64,000 nt of DNA from Octopus sinensis. Its lineage: Eukaryota. Below the pieces are notes generated by a model. The model saw nothing but the letters and a program-made list of their open reading frames with translations, did no database searches and was not told the origin of the DNA. The translations under genes and the position numbers were made by a program. Of this stretch, positions 23,389 to 36,376 are shown one piece after another. Location: contig NW_021830031.1 in NCBI RefSeq assembly GCF_006345805.1, positions 237,493 to 301,492 on the forward strand, given 5' to 3'. Numbering within the stretch: position 1 is the stretch's first letter; the number at the start of each line of letters is the position of its first letter.

Positions 23389-23712
23389 TCTAGCGGTGTC
23401 AAATGAAATTGTCACCCATAATTATAACCCTAGTATCGATCTATTGCATTTCAATCTATTTTAGGGTTAGATTTAGGGTTAGAGGTGGGGAAGGGTATCT
23501 TTTTTTCTTAGCAAATGTAAATACACCCAATCTGTTTCTGAGGGACATATTCATACAGCACGGAATGTTTTCACCCCAAATAGAGGTGAGCGATTGGTTA
23601 AAATTGCCGAAATGCTCGAAATTAAAGTCGAAATATGTTATTTTCTCAATAAAGCCAAGAAAAAATGATGTTTTATAAACACTGAAAACTGCCGTTCAAA
23701 AGGAAAAGATCC
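23389..23712 (+). mobile_element. Partial copy of the TTAGGG-containing MITE at 44740-45162
   Basis: Shared body tctagcggtgtca.atgaaattgtcacccataattat..ttagggttag and right TIR aaaactgccgttcaaa..gaaaagatcc. Confidence 0.75.
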
Positions 23713-24544
23713 ACGGATTTTAGTATGCCTCCCCACAGAAGACGTACAGTCCACCAGACACGCTTCTGCGTAGATTTCGTCACTCACATCTCTGACTCCA
23801 TCTGGGAAGTGGAAAGGCAAACATGTTTCGGTCTTTCGTAGACATCTTCAGTGAAACATAAGGATATGAGATGTTTTGGCGCCAACTATTTGGCATCGTT
23901 GATTCGACGCTGGCTTATTTGACATCAAACGTTTTTACATTTTTTTCTCTGTCTCTCCTTTTTTCCCTGTTTATGTGTGTGAGCATACTATTCTTTATGT
24001 GCATGGAGAGAAAAAATGTGCTTATGTCAGTTGTGTTCGCACCCTTTCCATCTGAATGTGTATATTTCTGTGGAAACATGCGTATGTGAGTGCTTGCCCC
24101 CGAGCGCCCAGAAGTACTGTCGCTAAACACACTTGGTGTCCAGTCAGCTACAACAAATCGTCTGTACCTAAACAGCTCTGCCTTGTCGCTTCATTCCGGA
24201 AGCATAAACTTCAGAGACTTTGCTGAAGTAGTAATGAGAAAATCTGTTGTAATTAGAACTGTTAATGTCTCTACTGAATTCTCAGTTAATGCAATCGCAT
24301 TGTATTGAATTCTAACATCTCGAATATAAACGGAAGACGTGCAAGGATAGTAGAAATTGTTGCACACTTATACAACATAATATAAGCACTAGCAATCGAA
24401 GTTACGTTATGCCAGGTCTAACAAGATTCGTATGTATATGACTGGATTTATATTATCTCAAATTGCTATACTGTATGTTGCTCACAGATGTGTCACCGTT
24501 TCCTCCTCTTTCAATACCTGAAGGTGACAGGTAGCGGAATTTCA

Positions 24545-24850
24545 TCTCAGAACAGAAAATGCCGGAATAGAACGGACAAAGTAGGAACAGAGCGGACGAA
24601 CTTGGAACGGAATGGAAAAATCCGGAACAGAACGGACAAAGACGTAACAGAACGGACGAATCATGAACAGAACGGACAAATCAAGAACAGAACGGACAAA
24701 GACGAAACAGAACGGACGAATCTGGAATGGAATGGACAAACCCGGAACAGAACGGACAAAGACGGAACAGAGCGAAAAAATCGGGAACAGAACGGACAAA
24801 GACATAACAGAACGGATAAATCGAGGACAGCATGGACAAAGCCAGAACAG
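24545..24850 (+). repeat. ~20-bp minisatellite (GGAACAGAACGGAC(A/G)AA.. units)
   Basis: About 15 degenerate tandem units are visible; they account for ORFs 24488..24871 and 24542..24910. Confidence 0.9.
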
Positions 24851-25628
24851 CGGGATTTGGCCCAGAATTGACAAAATCACAAAATGTCCCATCCTACACT
24901 TTTCGGACAATCCCGTGAGTACAACGCCTTAGACTCATATTTTATTTTCTCGACCTCCAAGAAGGATGAAAGGCAAATTTGACCACGATGGAATTTGAAC
25001 ACAGAATCGCAGTCTGGTTACAGAAGAAACGTGAGAAGCAAGTAGTCACTTGGAAAGGTAGTATATAAAATTACCTGGACAGAAGAAGATTTAGTGGAAG
25101 TGGTATAATTAGTTAAACAAAATAATCACCACGGAATCTGTAAGATAAATGTACCACATTATTCTGGAGTAGACGTCAAATATCAATATATTTAAGGGGT
25201 AAAAAAATCACGGAGCGAAATTACTCTGATGAGGTTTGGTAAGGCAGAAATATATAGCGGGTTATCTTCCGTATTTGTAAAGATATGCGAAATAATATCA
25301 ACGAATGATCACTTGCCTATAAAAATTTTTTCACGTGAACTTTTAAAAATATTCCTTGACCTAATAAGTCCCCAGTAGGTTAAGTTCAAGCGCCCCCCAC
25401 CACCACACACAAACCAAAAAAAAACAAAAAAACCAAAGACAAAAAGAAGCTTCTTTATGTATTTGTTTCAGACCTTGGTCTTTGACCCTTTTTTGCTTAT
25501 CAGAGGCCGTCACTGCCTCTCCTTTAATTTTCACATCAGAACGTACAGGAAACTAGTACAACAACCACCATCAACAACATTACCATCACTATCGCTACTA
25601 CTAACTTTCACCATCATATATTCATACC

Positions 25629-25704
<76 letters not shown>

Positions 25705-25705
<1 letters not shown>

Positions 25706-26191
25706 GACGAAGCCACCTTGAGCATAATCCTATGAACCCAGAAATTGAAAACAAAGGGTTACCCACTTGCAAACAAATGTGGTAACATATAACAATATTG
25801 ACCAAGGTTACCGTGGTCTTTTTCGTAGGCTTTTCTTCCCACGGATAAACCTTACTTGCTTTCCCCTTTACACCATATATCATAACACTGTGATACACGA
25901 TCCCTATTGATCGTTTTTGTTTCCTCTTCCCCTTTTTTCCCCCTTTTTTCTTCTTTTTTCATTTCTCCTTTCTTTTGTTCCTTTTCCTTTTCTTTTTATT
26001 CTTTTTCTTTTTTTATTTTTTATTTTATTATTTTTTTTTGTTCTTTTCTTCCCTTTTACGATCCCTCTTGATCGAAAACCTACGCCACCCCCCTTTTTTT
26101 GTTTCTTTTGCTTTTTTCATCCCCCAAAAGAAAAGCTCTACCTTGTAACTTGTCCCATCTGTGTGCAGCCCTGTGTGGCCAATAAAGAAAC
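25705..26191 (+). mobile_element. Probable LINE 3' end (Tx1-like?) inserted in a (TATC)n microsatellite
   Basis: ORF tail DEATLSIIL*, T-rich 3' UTR, AATAAA near the end, (CTAT)n on both sides. Confidence 0.55.
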
Positions 26192-27423
26192 TTATCTATC
26201 TATCTATCTACTTGTGTCTAACACAGGGCTCGGGGAATATGTTTTAACCAATAACCCCAAAATATATTTATTTATGCTGACGTTACCCCATTTGATTTGA
26301 AAGGAAGAACATCAGTCTTTGAATTCAAAAGGTTCATTGAATCTATTTTAAAAAATCTATTTACACGTTCATTACATTGCACAGATGCAGTGTTGCCAAA
26401 AGGAAAATTTCTGTCGCAACAAGGAACACGTTTTTTTTAATGTAATTTTACTTATGTTTAATGAGTCCTCATTACCCCCAAGAATTTCATTTTTACTGCA
26501 CCTAGGGTAATTTAATCCAGGTATATGAAATCTTTACACCGGTTCGCTGACGCCTGCTCTAACACGTTTTACGGTATTTTGTCCGTCTTTATATTTTGTG
26601 TTTAAATTCCACCGTGGTCGACTTTGCTATTCTACCTCTCGGGGTCGATAAAATAAATATTAGTTGTTCATTGGAGTCGATGAAATCGACTTACTCGCGC
26701 CGCCCAGAAATTGCAGGCCTTGTGCCAAAATTTGAAATCATTATTGCACGAGTAGGTATTCAAAGCAGCGAACTGGTTGGCCGGGCGAAATGCTAAACGG
26801 CACTTTGTCCGTCTTTACATGCTGAATTCAAATTCCGCTGAAGGCGACTTTGCCTTTCGTCCTTACGGTGTTCGATAAAATAAGTACCAGTCATGTGCTG
26901 AGAGGTCGATGTAATCGACTTCACCACCCCTCCACAATTTAAGCGTTTAGAAAGAATATAAAATAACCGGCATTGAAAACCTTAAATTTGAGAAAAAAAA
27001 AAAAAATTCAGAATTGTAATTTTATTTTTAATGTGAACTTAAAAAAGAAAAGGAAAATCCGAAAAAAAAGCAATAAAATCAAAAAAATTAGTGGGGGTTG
27101 AATGAAAATTTGAAAAGCTGCTTTATATTTTTGCAAAAATTGTAATCTTAGTTGTTGACGACGTAGGGGGTAAAAAAAAAACATACGGGCAGAGTGTCTA
27201 TTCGATATGTCCATCAAGAAATTACTGAAAAATATCAATATTTCTACAAGTATTTTGTGATTAAAAATCGAAACAATGTCACAATTGATAGAACAACAGC
27301 AAAGTCAAAACTTAACAATCGTATATGCGGCTATGTAAAGTAACACTGCTAGCTCAGTATAATCTTCCTCGCTCACACACTCTCTATCTCTCTCATTGTC
27401 GGCTTGTGTATCTCTCTCTCTCT

Positions 27424-27457
<34 letters not shown>

Positions 27458-27757
27458 TTCTCTCTCTAATACCCTCTCTTTTTTCTTTATCTACCTCTCT
27501 CTGTCTTTCTCCTTTCTGTGTCTCTATATCATCTCTTACCTTTCTTTAAGTCTGTGCTTCTCTCTCTATCTCATCTGTCTTTCTCCCTTCTTTACCCTCT
27601 TTGCTGTTGCTCTCTCTCTCTCTTGCGTCCTTCTATACCCCTCTCTCTATCTCTCTCTCTATCTATCTCCCTTCTATACCCCTCCCTCTGTATCTCTCCC
27701 TTACTCTTATCCCCTCTCTCTATTTCCATAGTTTCAGTATTATATCTTCCCATCGAA

Positions 27758-27799
27758 ATGTTGTCTTCGTGCAGACATCCTGGGTTTCGTACTCTTCTG
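27758..27799 (+). CDS. ETFA: ETFA exon 1 (mitochondrial presequence MLSSCRHPGFRTLL)
   Basis: ATG in context gaaATG, Arg/Ser/Leu-rich peptide without acidic residues, phase-0 donor GTGAGT matching exon 2 phase. Less certain than the other exons because presequences are poorly conserved. Confidence 0.75.
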
Positions 27800-28143
27800 G
27801 TGAGTTTTTCGAAATTATTAAAACTTATTGAAAGCCCACTACTTTCACAACTCTCCCTACGGCTACGTCCACCTCGACAGCGTATTTATATGTTACCATA
27901 TATTCATGTTTGCTTGATATTTATCATTGCTCTTGAGCTTCTCTTTCTAGTGTTCTATACCACGTATTTATATAAGAGGTGTATATATATATTATATATA
28001 TATATACACACACACACATGTATGTGCTAGAGCGTGTATGTGTATATATATATATATACACACATACACGCTCTAGCACATACATGTGTGTGTATATATA
28101 TATATATACATACATACACACCTCTTATAAGAGGTGTGTATGT

Positions 28144-28174
<31 letters not shown>

Positions 28175-28252
28175 CACATGTATGTGCTAGAGCGTGTATG
28201 TGTGTATATATATATACATACACACACACACACATGTATGTGCTAGAGCGTG

Positions 28253-28295
<43 letters not shown>

Positions 28296-28311
28296 GTATA
28301 TGCTAGAGCGT

Positions 28312-28342
<31 letters not shown>

Positions 28343-29192
28343 GTATGTATTTATACACACACACGTGTATGTGTTGCAGCATGTATATAAAATCGCACTC
28401 CTATATGTATGTGTATATATACACACGCATACATGTGTATTATTTACATAAGTGTACGGTGAAGTTGTGGTCCGTTTGGCGATATCGATATTTCGATCTC
28501 CGGTTGTTGTCATTAAAACATTCCAATTAGATTCGATAAATGTCTTTGGGAAAGGCATGAACCTCACACAATCTCATTTCCCTTATTAGATCTCAACGAC
28601 TTTAGAATAACGCCTGAACATTATCTCTGTGATGTAGGTCGGTATCCTCCCTTTTAAACCTAAACAATACCGGACTTTGATTCTTGTTAATGAAAACACT
28701 TCGATGTAGGACGATTACTGGACGTATTAGAAATAGCAGCCAAATCATATCCTATATTCTAATGTGTAGAGGGAAGCATTCATCGCATGCTGTAGGCCTA
28801 CATATACTGTGGACCGAGGAGAAATATATGCGGTGGTTACGACCGAGGGTTAAACAAGGCGCATTATGTCTCGGTGCCCTTGCGAAAGAAAGGCAATGGA
28901 CGTTACAACATTGTTACTGCTTATTCTCACCTACATCTAGGGCTTCAAGGTTTATAGTTAGAATTGGCTGAAGACAGACACGTTCCCCTATAGCCAAGCC
29001 TTTCGAGTTCCACTTCAAGAAGGCATGTATGGCCTCTTGTGTGCAGAGAACACAGATCAGAGAAGAGTGCATTTGCCCTTGCTGGTCATAATAATCCATG
29101 ATCTGCCGGGTTCCTTGATTGCTGGTCTCTGTAGTAGGGGCTATTTATCTTATTCTTTCAATGTTTATTTCTTTTCATAACGATTTTGTGTA

Positions 29193-29517
29193 GTACCCCA
29201 CCCCTTCGTTTATGAAATTTATCCTTTTTATATTCATCCACTCCTTTCATCGCCCATGGGATTAAATAAACGAAAGCATTAGTAAAGTATCGGAGTTTAT
29301 TTAATCAACAAACCCTTATTTCCTGTTGAACAGTCAAAGCATCGGACAAAGTACCCCACCCCTTCGGTTTTGAAATTTATCCTTTTTATATTCATCCACT
29401 CCTTTCATCGCCCATGTGATTAAATAAACGAAAGCATTAGTAAAGTATCGGAGTTTATTTAATCAACAAACCCTTCCACATATATTTCCTGTTGAACAGT
29501 CAAAGCATCGGACAAAA
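29193..29517 (+). repeat. ~160-bp tandem duplication
   Basis: gtaccccacccc..catcggacaaa repeated head-to-tail (29193-29350, 29351-29517). Confidence 0.9.
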
Positions 29518-29694
29518 TGCTTTGTGGAATTTTTTTCCGGCTGTTTTCGTTCTGAGTTCAAATCTGGTCGAGGTCAACTTTTCCTTTCGTATTTTCGTGG
29601 TCGATAAAATTAGGTACCAGTGCAGTACTGGAATCTGTAATATCGACAAACCCCCTTCCCTCTAAATTGCTGACCTTGCGTTTATATAAAAACC

Positions 29695-29750
<56 letters not shown>

Positions 29751-32369
29751 TATTATTATTAAGACGAAGGTAAAGAATACGCACACCCGGTGTTTAGGAC
29801 TTAGGGTTAGGGTTACGCCGAAGACGTGTGGTGTGCGTATTCTTTACCTCCGCTATCGTCAATGTTGTTTACGTAAATGACTTGTCTGAATACAACAACA
29901 AAAGTCCAAGGTTACATAATACAAACATCGTTTAGAGATGTGTTTCTCAACCATATCTTTTTTTATTTGCTTGTGGACCACTTTGATTCCTGTTTTATTC
30001 TACTGGACCCCGGATAGTCGTTCGATATTTGAAAAATACTATTATACTTTTAAAATTAAAAGAAGTTATTAAGGTATTTTGTGTATAGCAGAAAGTCTGA
30101 CCAATTTAATGCACGTAAATTTTAACAAAAAAATCTTATATGGATCCCGGTTGAAAACCACTGAGAGTTTGACACATGTTGTACTTGAATGCTACAACGT
30201 GTATTTTCTATTTTACAGTCCTAAATAGAATATTTTTTCAAAACAAATACTTGACCGTCAGATTTATTTTTGGCACTTCTGCCCACATGCTTGCAATAGT
30301 ATTTAATGAAGGCGGCGAGTTGGCAGAATCGTTAGCGCGCCGGGCAAAATGCTTAGTATTTCGTCTGTCTTTACGTTCTTAGTTCAAATTCCACCGAGGT
30401 CGACTTTGCCTTTCATCCTTTCGGGGTCGATAAATTAAGTACCAGTTACGCACTGGGGTCGATATAATCGACTTAATCAGTTTGTCTGTCCTTTTTTGTC
30501 CTCTGTGTTTAGCCCCTTGTGAGTGGTAAAGAAATAGAAATAGGTATTTCGTCTGTCTTTATGTTCTGAGTTCAAATTCCACCGAGGTCGACTTTACCTT
30601 TCATCCTTTCGGGGTCGATAAATTAAGTACCAGTTGCGTCCTGGGGTTGATCCAATCGACTGGCCCCCTACCCTTGTGCCTAGAGTAGAAAAGAATACTA
30701 TTTAATGAAATTTAATCCAATTTATGACATGTATCATTAGTTAGGGTTTCTGGTTAAGGTTGAGTTTAGTGGTTAGGGTTTAGAGTTGTGGTTAGAGAAT
30801 GGGGTCAGTAGCGAGTTAGTGAGCAGGGGGTGAGGGGCATCACTTTTGGGTCTGCTGTATAAGGTTTGTGTAGGGGACAGCAAACTTAAGAGCTGCCCTA
30901 GGCATCACATACTCTAGGTATGCTACTACATAAGGTTGATCTTAGGGTTAGGGGCCTATGGAAGGAGTCTGGGTATAGAGTTGGAGTTTGGGTTTCTGTA
31001 CTTTTATCTAATGTTTTTTTTTTGTTTTAGAAGATATTAAGGTGAAGCATGAGGGAGATTTGTCCGCTATTTCTAATAGGTCTCTTAACCAGTTAGAAAC
31101 TCTGTTACATAAGGTAATGGTAACTGGGCCCCTTCGAAATCACATTGTTGGTAATATTCTCTCTTTTACTTTTTTTACTTGTTTCAGTCATTTGACTGCG
31201 GCCATGCTAGAGCACCGCCTTTAGTTGAGCAAATTGACCCCAGGACTTATTCTTTGTAAGCCTAGTACTTATTCTATCGGTCTCTTTTGCCAAACCGCTA
31301 AGTTACAGGGACGTAATCACACCACCATCGGTTATCAAGCGATGTTGGGGGGACAGACACAGAAACACAAACATACACACACATCTATATATATGTACAT
31401 ATATATGACAGGCTTCTTTCAGTTTCTGTCTACCAAATCCACTCACAAGGCTTTGGTCGGCCTGAGGCTATAGTAGAAGACACTTGCCCAAAGTGCCATG
31501 CAGTGTGGGAATGAACCTGGAACCATGTGGCTGGTAGCAAGCTACTTACCACACAGCCGCAAAAATGACTTTAAAAGGCCATCTCCATGATCATGAGAGA
31601 AAAAGACAGATGTTGTCTTAGCTAAATGCCTGCTAGAGCAGACATGAATAACCTTTTCCAAGAAGCAAGCTGCCTGAAACATGGCTGATCATCAAGCAGG
31701 CCTCATTACTCAAAAAATTAAAGGTAATTTTTTCATTTAGACATACCATTCAAAAAGTCCCATGGGCTATTGTTTACCCATTAATGCTATGAAGTTATAG
31801 AGTGGGCCCTGCTAAAAGGCATCCGAGGGCCAAATGCTTTGGTATTAAACTGGGTGATAAGATAAAGAATAAAGCTCCTTCCCGAGTCATATAGACTCCT
31901 AGGGCTGGTTTCCCAGTTTCTGAGACACATATATTCCCCCTAGATGGGATGCCAGTCTTTCGCAGGGTTACTCATTTTTGCCCTCTGGGTGGACTGGAGC
32001 AATGTGAAATGAAGTGTTTTGCTCAAGAACATAACACATTGTTGGTCTAGGAATTGAAACTACAATCTTGTGATAATGGGCCTAACACCCTTACCACTAG
32101 ACCAAGCGCCTCCACTTGGGCGATGGATTACTTCTGACATTGAAGAATAGATGCAGTCTATGCGATGGACTTTTTCCTGGTTTCTGTCTTTCCAAAGTCT
32201 CTCACAATTCTTTGGTCTAGTTGGAGTTATGGTAGGAGGTACCTGCCTAAGGTGTCCTGCTGTTGGATCAAAACGAGGACCGTCTGATAACGCAGCATGT
32301 TCTTGACTACACAGCTATGTCTGTAATTTATATTGAATATGAAATGACATAATTAACGCTATCCTCACA

Positions 32370-33062
32370 CCACTACCACCCTCTCTTATTGCCATCACTA
32401 CCATCACAATCCTACCACCACCACCACACTATCATAACCAACACTACCACCAGTCCCCCCCCCCACCACTGCCATCATGATCCTGCTGCTAGTAACACTG
32501 CAACGCTCGTCACCACCACTACACCACTACAATAACCACCGACCTTTATCACAACCACACCTATACTACTACCACTACAGTACTATCACCACTATTACCA
32601 ACACTATCATCACAACACTAAAACTGCTTCCGCCACCACCACCACCACATCACTATCACCACAGCCACTACCACCAACGCTACTATCACTAACACTACAG
32701 CCATACCACCACCACCACTACTACCACCAACACTATCATCAATAACACTACAATCAAACCACCACCACTTGAATACTATCACCACAACCACTACCACCAG
32801 CGCTATCGGTCAATAACATTGCAATCACCGCCACCACCACCACCACCACCACAACACTATCACCACAACCACTACCACCAACGCTACCATCACCAACACT
32901 ATCATCAATATCACTACAATCATACCACCACCACCACTTCAATACTATCACCACGACTACTACCACCAACGCTACCATCACTAACACTACAATCATACCA
33001 CCACAACCACTACCACCAGTGCTATCGTCAATAACATTGCAATCACCGCCACCACCACCATC
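32370..33062. repeat. Degenerate (ACC/ACT/ATC)n trinucleotide region with higher-order repeats
   Basis: Directly visible. Confidence 0.9.
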
Positions 33063-33397
33063 ACAGGAGTCTGTTATAAGAGGATATCGGATATTGAATA
33101 TTAGATATCTTTCCTGATATCCTATTCTCTGCTCTCTTCCCAACTTGCACGTTTGCACAAACATTATTCATCAGGTCATTATATAGGACAATGGCTTCTC
33201 CCCTCCTTTCGTTATATTTTCAATTTTTTTTTATTTTGTCTACATGGTATTGTTGATGAGGTTGTTTAACCCCAGGTCAGCTCATTGAGTAGACCTATGA
33301 TTAAAAGAAGGTATTCCAGTTGTGACCACCCTTACTTTTTTAGGGATGTGTGTGTATATATAACTATTCTGCCAGCTCTTCTCTTTTGATAATAATA

Positions 33398-33437
<40 letters not shown>

Positions 33438-33872
33438 TTCTTTTATAGGCACAAGGCTCGAATTTTTTGGTAGGGTTAGGGACTAGTTGATTACATCAGT
33501 TCCAATACTCAGCTAGTACTTATTCCATCAACTCCTCAAGGATGAAAGGAACAATTGACCTTAGTGGAATTTGAACCCTACCATATTACTACTACTACTA
33601 TTACTACTGATAATAACAATAAAAAAAAATAATGTTAATTATTTCAGATTTTGGCACAAGGCCAGAAATTTCAGGATCGGGGGTAAGTCAAGTGCATTGA
33701 CATCCCCCCCCCCCAGTACTCAAATGGTATTGACGACCAAAAGGATGAAAAGCAAGGTTGACCTTGGTGGAATTTGAACTCAGAATGTGAAGACAGAAGA
33801 ACTGCCACTAAGCATTTTGCCCAGCATGCTAACGGTTCTGCCAACTTAAAACCTTAATAATAATAATAATAA

Positions 33873-34320
33873 TGGGAGATGAGGAGATGGGCTACAGCAA
33901 ATATTCTGCTCAATACCACAGGTTTGCTTGTCAGTTGTTTGACCATAACCAGTTGAGCATGTCCCTTAGTGGCTGACGATATGTGCATCTCTGATCCCGA
34001 GCAGAAGTAGTGGGGGAGCATCATAGCCATGTGTTGAGAGGGATTCTTTGGGGTTTGAATAATTCGCCTCTGGAAACATGGGTGGTTCTTTCAACATCCT
34101 TAAACAACCCTTATTCAGGGACCTTTTGAGCGGGATGGGCTACTCAACCTGCAAGGTCATGCGCTGTTTGTCTTGAAATGAGATCACCATGCCGCGCACA
34201 TATGTTTGTGATGCATGCGCCTAGTGTACCCTTATCAGACGGGTAGTCATGATGGGTATACTGGGCTTCGTATATTTTACCTCAGTGTCACTTTGATGGC
34301 ATGGACTGCTCTCTCACTTA
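33873..34320 (+). mobile_element. Probable LINE 3' end flanked by (TAA)n (shorter copy 3870-4017)
   Basis: Both copies end ..gcactgctctctcact(c/t)aataataat and have (TAA)n on both sides. Confidence 0.55.
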
Positions 34321-34925
34321 ATAATAATAATAATTATTATGGTAGTAGTTTCAAATTTTACCACAAGAGCAGTCATTTTGTGGGGAGAGGATGAGTCGAT
34401 TACATTGACCCCAGTGTTTAACTGGTACTTATTTTATCAACTCAGAAAGGATGGAAGCTAAAGTCGACCTTGGTGGAATTTGAACTCAGAATGTAGCGAC
34501 GGGTGAAATGCCACTAAGCATTTCATCCAGTGTGCTAACGATTCTGCCAGCTCACCACCTTCAATAATAATAATAATAATGGTAATTTTAGTTTTTCTTT
34601 TTTTTTTTTCTTGTTTCAGTCATTGGACTGTGGCCCTCCTGGGGCACCACCTTGAAAAGTTTAGTTCAACAAATCAACCCCAGTACTTAAGTTGGGTACT
34701 TACTCTGTCAGTCTCTTTTGCCAAACTGCTAAGTTACGGAGACATAAATAAATCAACACCAAGTGATAGACTTCTACTCAGTTTCCAGTTATCAAATTCA
34801 ACCAAAAGACATTGGTTGGCCCAGGGTTATAGTAGGAGGCACTTGCTCAAGGTGCCACATGGTTGCAAAGTGAGCTTAAGCTTATTTGCTCTAGAATCTA
34901 CTTGCACCTTCTTCATACCCTTTCA

Positions 34926-35355
34926 CCGGGGCCGGATTAAGACCCATTGAGGCCACCTAAGCACTTAAAAGATTTTGGTGCCCTCATAAAAGATTATATA
35001 ATTCAAAATATAGACAATAACAAACCATAAAATAAATTTTTATTTTTCAAAACGAAACAAAACAGTAAGAAGGGAAAATAATGTTTATTTTTGTATACTT
35101 CCACTTTATTTATATTTGAAAAGTTTCCTCCTACTTATTTGAATTGCAAAATCTTTGATCAGATACTCCAAATCAATCTTAGGTAACACACCTGCATCTA
35201 TACTTAGTAGAGATAAAGGCATCCTGAATATTATCATAGAAAGTTTAGAGTGATTTCTTTTGTATCGTAAACCATTTACCATTTCTGTGGTTCCCCCTCC
35301 TCCCCTTGATGCCCTAAGCTCATGCTTATTTTACTTAATGGTTAATCCGGTGCTG
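34926..35355 (-). mobile_element. hAT deletion derivative
   Basis: TIR-like ends cggggccggattaa / ttaatccggtgctg; minus strand LSLLSIDAGVLPKIDLEYLIKDFAIQISRRK resembles a hAT transposase C-terminus. Confidence 0.6.
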
Positions 35356-35429
35356 CCTTTTACCATTTTTGTTTGCCTCCATTTAACTAACCTCAACAAA
35401 TTTTTATCGTTTCCATTTCCCCATTTCAG

Positions 35430-35585
35430 AGGAACTTCGCTAAACAGCAGCGCTTTGCCAGTACATTGGTAATTGCTGAACACAACAATGATACACTCGG
35501 CTCTATTACTCTGAATGCAATTAGTGCCGCAGCAAAGATTGGTGGAGATATCACATGTTTGGTGGCAGGAACTCAATGTGCCAAG
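35430..35585 (+). CDS. ETFA: ETFA exon 2
   Basis: ttcag|[52 protein letters not shown]|gtctgt; STLVIAEH is the ETF-alpha mature N-terminus. Confidence 0.95.
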
Positions 35586-36094
35586 GTCTGTATGTTTACT
35601 TTATGTTTGTTCCGTGTTGTCTTTGTTTTTGCTTTAGTTTAGTTTTATTTTATTTGCTAAACACCAAAAAACTGCATCTAGTGCCAGAGTGCTTTTTTTT
35701 TTTGGTTTAAGTATCCATTTTTCTTTGCTTGCATGGGTTGGACAAAATTTGTTGAGGCAAATTTTCTACTGTCGGATGCTCTCCCTGTTGCCAACTCTCA
35801 CCTGTTTCCAAGCAAGAAGATAATAGTCAGACATGTTTTCCATAGAAGAGAGGAGACATGCAACACTGATTGTATGATGGTGATGTTCACTTATGATTAT
35901 CACATGATGTCAAGATATGGTTTCACACACACACACACATGGTGAGCTTCTTTCAGTTTTTGTCTACCAAATCCACTCACAAGGCTTTGGTTGATTCAAG
36001 GCTATAGTAGAAGATGCCTGCCCGAGGTGCCACTCAATGGGACTGAACTCAAGACCACATGATGATGGAGCAAGCTTCTTGTCCCCTTTACCAC

Positions 36095-36376
36095 CAGAGC
36101 TGTAGAGTAAAAAAAAAATAACTTCAACTCCGTCTCTGACTCCTGCACTATTGGCACCTCCGACTCTGACTCCCCTTTATGTAATTGATTGTGGTCTACA
36201 TATCTCATAAAGCATATGCTTGTACTTAGAGTAGGCCTAAATGTTATAACTGGTTTATATTAGAGAATAAAGATATTCTGAGTTGGAATCAAAGTCGGTA
36301 TAGTTTTACTGACTCTGACTCTAACTCCCCCTTAATTATTTCTGACTCAGACGCCAACTCCGACTCCACAGCCCTG
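36095..36376. mobile_element. hAT-type MITE nested in a family-B SINE
   Basis: TIRs CAGAGCTGTAGAGT / ACTCCACAGCCCTG, internal GACTCC repeats, TSD tttaccac / attaccac. Confidence 0.7.

Noticed and set aside
24545-24850. CRISPR-like regular repeats (also 40480-40830)
   Set aside because: Contiguous degenerate tandem units without unique spacers in eukaryotic DNA; these are minisatellites.
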